Of a stretch of DNA of 64,000 nucleotides, positions 60,442 through 64,000 are shown piece by piece; position 1 is the first letter of the stretch, and each line of letters begins with the position of its first letter. This DNA is from an uncultured Spirochaetales bacterium. Lineage in GTDB: Bacteria > Spirochaetota > Spirochaetia > SPDA01 > CAZSGZ01. Made by a program: the position numbers and the translations under genes. The stretch lies in NCBI GenBank assembly GCA_964458315.1, contig CAYWIK010000003.1, forward strand, positions 3,712-67,711, given 5' to 3'. The notes under the pieces are model-generated. The model saw nothing but the letters and a program-made list of their open reading frames with translations. It was not told where the DNA came from and made no database searches.

Positions 60442-61291
60442 CTGGGCCTCCCGACCATTTTAATTTCGACCGCAGGACCTCGTAGAATGTCCTCTTATCC
60501 GACCGCACAATCAACGCCTTTTCCTCGCTGTGCACAAACTCGACGGTATCTTCCGGCTTTAGAACGCACGTGTCCTGCCCGTCTATAGTTAATATAATGT
60601 CCGCCCTCCGCTGCTGCATCACGAAAACGGTAACTTTTTCTTTTCCGGGGATGACAATTGTCCGATTTGACAGGGTGAAAGGGCAAATTGGGTTGATTAT
60701 CGTAGCATCCATCTCCGGATCGAGAATCGGCCCGCCCGCCGCCATACTGTATGCCGTCGAACCGGTGGGTGTAGACACAATAATACCGTCGGCCCGGTAC
60801 TCGCCGAGAGGGTCGTTTCGGATTTTTACGTCGAGACGAATGATTCGGGAAATGCCTGAAGAAGAAATAACACAGTCGTTTAATCCGATGCAGCTGAAGA
60901 TTTCCGCTCCTTTCCGCTTTACCAGCGCGCGCAGCATAAGCCTGGGACTGATACCGAGATAGCCGTCCCGGTACTTTTCGAAGGCTGACTGCCATTCATT
61001 TTTCGATATTTCCGTAATAAATCCGAAATCGCCGAGATTGACTGCAAGGATCGGTATCTGCCGGGCTGCTAAGATACGAGCCGAATAAAGCACCGTGCCG
61101 TCGCCTCCGAGGGAAATTGCCATATCGACTTCCGATAAATCATACTGCTCTAAATTTTCATTGTAACGGATTACCATCGGCACGATATTTTGGGATTCAA
61201 AATAGCCGACTGCTGAGTTGACGATCGAATATGCATCCTTTTTCAGATGATTGACGATAATCAGCACTTTTCTGATTGTTCTATACATCAC
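60434..61291 (-). CDS. nadK: NAD(+) kinase
   Basis: 285 aa; GGDGT, NLGxxGF (NLGDFGFI), DGxxxSTPxGSTAYSxAAGGP. Confidence 0.85.
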   Translation of the reverse strand: MMYRTIRKVLIIVNHLKKDAYSIVNSAVGYFESQNIVPMVIRYNENLEQYDLSEVDMAISLGGDGTVLYSARILAARQIPILAVNLGDFGFITEISKNEWQSAFEKYRDGYLGISPRLMLRALVKRKGAEIFSCIGLNDCVISSSGISRIIRLDVKIRNDPLGEYRADGIIVSTPTGSTAYSMAAGGPILDPEMDATIINPICPFTLSNRTIVIPGKEKVTVFVMQQRRADIILTIDGQDTCVLKPEDTVEFVHSEEKALIVRSDKRTFYEVLRSKLKWSGGPDA

Positions 61292-61335
61292 AAAAAACTA
61301 TACACACTGTTGGATATCGTTGTAAAGAGAGTTTC

Positions 61336-62361
61336 TTACGGAAGGGTCGCGAGGACCCGGGCTACGGTTTCCGCGTTTTTTCGTCCGATGGTGGGGTAAA
61401 GGGGAAAAAGGAGGCAGCGCATCAGCAGAGCTTTCCCTTCGGGACAGGGATTGTCGGGGTCCGGGGCGTACTCGAACGCGGTATTGCAGAATGCGGGCCC
61501 TGTCTCTACATGCTTTTTAAGAGCATATTGTCTCACCTCTTTTATCCCGGTCTCGAGGTAGACCGGAAAAGAATACCAAACCGCCTCCGCGTCTCCTTTC
61601 TGGATAAGGGTGGTGTGACGGGTTTTGTGCACCGCATCCGTATAGGTCGCTGCTATCTCGCGCCGTCTTTCGATAAACTTTTCTATCTCCTTTAGCTGCA
61701 CGACGCCGAGGGCGGCATTCATGTCCGGCAAAAATGAATCTTCCGGCATTTCTGAAGCCGACGACCGCAGTTTTCCAAAATCCCGGCTCGACTTCGCGAG
61801 AGCAACGGTGCCGCCGCCGGTGGTAATCATATGCCTCGGTTCGGTCCCGACAACAGCATACCGGCCGACGCCCCCCGCCATTACAGCGCCTGTATTCGCG
61901 CCGAGGCTTTCCGTGCAGTCTTCGACAATCGGAACGCCGAGGCCTGCAAGGTTTTCGGTTTCCGGCACAAAGCCGAGGGGATAATGGACAATAACCGCAC
62001 CCGTTCTATCGGAAATGCGTTTCTCCGCCTCAGCAGTCTGAATTGTCCCGTTTGCCGGATCGACATCCGCATACACGGGAACGAGACCTTTTTCCCGGAA
62101 CAGGGGGATGTAATATGCGGGAGAAAGGGGTGAAATAATCACTTCTTTTCCCGATTCCAACGCGAGGGCATCGAGAATCAGACGGAGGGCTTTACAAGCT
62201 TCCCGCAGGGCTATTCCGCCGGCGGCATAAACATATTTCGCCAATGCTTTGGTAAATTCTTTGTTTTCGTCCCCCGGTCCGATTGCATCGTTGACCAGGC
62301 AGGTGAGAACTGAGTCCATGTCTTTTCTTCGAATTGACGGCTTAAAAAGGGGAATCGGCAT
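61336..62361 (-). CDS. DegT/DnrJ/EryC1/StrS-family PLP-dependent aminotransferase-like protein
   Basis: 341 aa; family-typical N-terminus (PLFKPSI...EFTKALAKYV...LRLILDALALESGKEVIISPLS...VPVYADVD). Confidence 0.65.
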   Translation of the reverse strand: MPIPLFKPSIRRKDMDSVLTCLVNDAIGPGDENKEFTKALAKYVYAAGGIALREACKALRLILDALALESGKEVIISPLSPAYYIPLFREKGLVPVYADVDPANGTIQTAEAEKRISDRTGAVIVHYPLGFVPETENLAGLGVPIVEDCTESLGANTGAVMAGGVGRYAVVGTEPRHMITTGGGTVALAKSSRDFGKLRSSASEMPEDSFLPDMNAALGVVQLKEIEKFIERRREIAATYTDAVHKTRHTTLIQKGDAEAVWYSFPVYLETGIKEVRQYALKKHVETGPAFCNTAFEYAPDPDNPCPEGKALLMRCLLFPLYPTIGRKNAETVARVLATLP

Positions 62362-62369
62362 AACGGCGG

Positions 62370-62849
62370 CTACTGCGTAATGTTCCCCAGCTGTTTGAGT
62401 TCCTTCGGATCAAACATGCGGTGAATGTCCAGAATAATCAGATATCCTTCCTCCTGGTGAATTACACCCCTGATGTACTCCGCTCCTATACCGGAAAGCA
62501 TTTGAGGCGGGGGCTGAATTTTATCTATTTCTACGGTAACGACACGGGAAACTTTATCGATGATGATTCCTATAAGCATTTCATTCAAATTGATAATTAC
62601 CAGACCGCTTAGAAGTTTATCCTCTTCACTTAAATTTGCGGCTTTCAGATGAAACCGTTTGTGAAGGCTGATGACCGGAATAATATTTCCCCGGAGGTTG
62701 AAAATCCCTTCAACATAATTAGGAGCATTGGGAATCGAACGAATATTTTCTTCCCTTACGATTCCGTCTACCTCCATGATGTCTATACCGTACTGTTCAA
62801 CGCCCAGTTGAAAAGTAACCAGCTGCAGCTGTCCGTCGTTCTCTGCCAT
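62370..62849 (-). CDS. cheW: chemotaxis coupling protein CheW
   Basis: 159 aa; LVTFQLGVEQYGIDIMEVDGIVR...IPNAPNYVEGIFNLRGNIIPVISL...GIIIDKVSRVV. Confidence 0.85.
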   Translation of the reverse strand: MAENDGQLQLVTFQLGVEQYGIDIMEVDGIVREENIRSIPNAPNYVEGIFNLRGNIIPVISLHKRFHLKAANLSEEDKLLSGLVIINLNEMLIGIIIDKVSRVVTVEIDKIQPPPQMLSGIGAEYIRGVIHQEEGYLIILDIHRMFDPKELKQLGNITQ

Positions 62850-62948
62850 ATTCTACCCCCGCGATAGAATACTAGGGAATTATCTGTTTTGCAATACTAT
62901 AAACGGGGCAAACCCTGTACGAATCCTTAGCAATTTGTTATTTTATAA

Positions 62949-63770
62949 ATGATGATCGAGGAATTTGGTTCCAAGTTTATAAACCTTGTCGAAGTGATGC
63001 CTCCGGCAGGACCGAAGGCGGACAAAATCCTTGATTCCCTGAAGAACCTTAGGGACATTTCGATCGACGCCTTCACCGTGCCGACCAATCCGGTTGCGCG
63101 GCCCTACCTCGATGCCCTTACTCTCTGTGTCCTTATCAGCCGCGCGACAGGAAAACCAACCGTTCTTCATTGTACCACCAGGGACCACAACAGCATTGCC
63201 CTGCAGGGGCTTATCTGGGGAGCAATCAATCTAGGAATCGATACAATTATTGCGGCAAGCGGCGACAGGATCGGGGTCCCGGACAGCGGCAAGATCACGC
63301 CGGTACACGATATGGACGTTTTCGGTTTGATCGAACTTGTCCGCCGGGAAGGCCTGCAGGCGGGGGCTGTTCTCGACCCCCGGTGGGGTGTCGGCAGTCT
63401 GGAAAAAGAGGCGGAACGGCTGACAAAAAAGGCTGAGGCCGGCGCTCAGTTTGTCGTAACCCAGCCTGTCTACGATCGCGCCACAGCGGAAACCATCGCA
63501 AAAGCGGTGGAAGCGGTTCGGATACCCGTCATTATGGGGATTCTGCCCCTCTGGACGGAAAAACACACCGAGTTTCTCCATAAAAATGTAGCGGGTATCC
63601 ATATTCCGGAAACTGTACGGCAAAGGATGGCGGAAACAGACCGCCCCCGAGAAGAAGGCATCCGGTTAAGCCGAGAAATGGCGGAGCTGGCTCGTGAACT
63701 ATTCGGCGGAAGGTGCATCATGCCGCCGTTCGGCCACTATGAAATACTCGAAGATATTTTAGGAGGATAA
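62949..63770 (+). CDS. methylenetetrahydrofolate reductase-family protein (MetF-like)
   Basis: 273 aa; FINLVEVMPP (FE.xPP-type start), TIM-barrel pattern typical of MTHFR. Confidence 0.7.
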   Translation: MMIEEFGSKFINLVEVMPPAGPKADKILDSLKNLRDISIDAFTVPTNPVARPYLDALTLCVLISRATGKPTVLHCTTRDHNSIALQGLIWGAINLGIDTIIAASGDRIGVPDSGKITPVHDMDVFGLIELVRREGLQAGAVLDPRWGVGSLEKEAERLTKKAEAGAQFVVTQPVYDRATAETIAKAVEAVRIPVIMGILPLWTEKHTEFLHKNVAGIHIPETVRQRMAETDRPREEGIRLSREMAELARELFGGRCIMPPFGHYEILEDILGG

Positions 63771-63775
63771 CGATT

Positions 63776-64000
63776 ATGAGTAATTATTATCTTGCCTTAG
63801 GTATAGAACGGACCGCCGACTTGAATAAAATAAAACAGGCATACCGCATCTGCTGTAAAAAATATCATCCCGACTCCTGTTCCAGCGGGAGAAACAAACA
63901 GCACTTTCTCAAGATCCAGGAAGCGTATGAAACCCTTTCGGACGAGGAAAAGCGGAAAGAATATGACCGGCGTCTTTCGGAACATGCAAGTGGTGAATCC
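63776..64000 (+). CDS. J-domain (DnaJ-like) protein, N-terminal part (continues beyond window)
   Basis: YYLALGIERTADLNKIKQAYRICCKKYHPD, a J-domain with the HPD motif. Confidence 0.7.
   Translation, partial: MSNYYLALGIERTADLNKIKQAYRICCKKYHPDSCSSGRNKQHFLKIQEAYETLSDEEKRKEYDRRLSEHASGES

Noticed and set aside
62850-62948. Possible SAM/folate riboswitch upstream of the metF-like gene
   Set aside because: The 99-nt leader lacks recognisable SAM-I/II or THF-riboswitch conserved cores on inspection. A covariance-model search (Rfam) would be needed, so it is not called.
1-64000. CRISPR arrays, rRNA or tRNA genes
   Set aside because: No regularly spaced repeats of 24-50 bp and no cloverleaf-compatible intergenic segments. 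Intergenic space is minimal, mostly under 120 nt.

Overview
This is a densely coding chromosomal segment of about 50% GC with roughly 55 protein-coding genes. I found no rRNA, tRNA, CRISPR array, transposase or integrase. The gene content points to a Treponema-like spirochete: PPi-dependent phosphofructokinase, acetate kinase, a TatT/TatP-type TRAP transporter with a TPR lipoprotein (TPAT), CheW and many lipoproteins. That assignment is an inference from content, not a search result. Housekeeping genes include five aminoacyl-tRNA synthetases (hisS, ileS, valS, cysS, asnS), an HrpA/HrpB-like helicase, aroB, a DAHP synthase, hisH-hisF, nifS-thiI, murB, ackA, manA, pfp, an Fe-ADH, dCMP and cytidine deaminases, recN, nadK, a GH57 glucan enzyme and a metF-like gene. 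The most notable system is a translationally coupled three-gene cluster. It comprises a membrane GT2 glycosyltransferase with a QxxRW motif, a 1485-aa fusion of two BadF/BadG/BcrA/BcrD-type activase ATPase domains with a 2-hydroxyacyl-CoA dehydratase-like module (PlsA/PlsR-like candidate anaerobic plasmalogen synthase), and an MGDG-synthase/UgtP-like diacylglycerol glycosyltransferase. Together these suggest a glyco-/ether-lipid remodelling locus. Other points of interest are an ArsR/SmtB regulator divergent from a nifS-thiI-small-ORF operon with a palindromic operator overlapping both promoters, and a lower-GC island carrying an ECF sigma/anti-sigma/secreted protein/IPT-TIG-transglutaminase operon next to a tandem cNMP-binding protein. 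There is also a beta-propeller/M23 peptidase/Zn-ribbon methyltransferase operon, a lone hisH-hisF pair, a PIMT with an N-terminal signal/anchor, and several sigma70-like promoters with near-leaderless geometry. Long antisense 'shadow' ORFs inside ileS, valS, manA, GH57 and the large fusion gene were rejected as artefacts.
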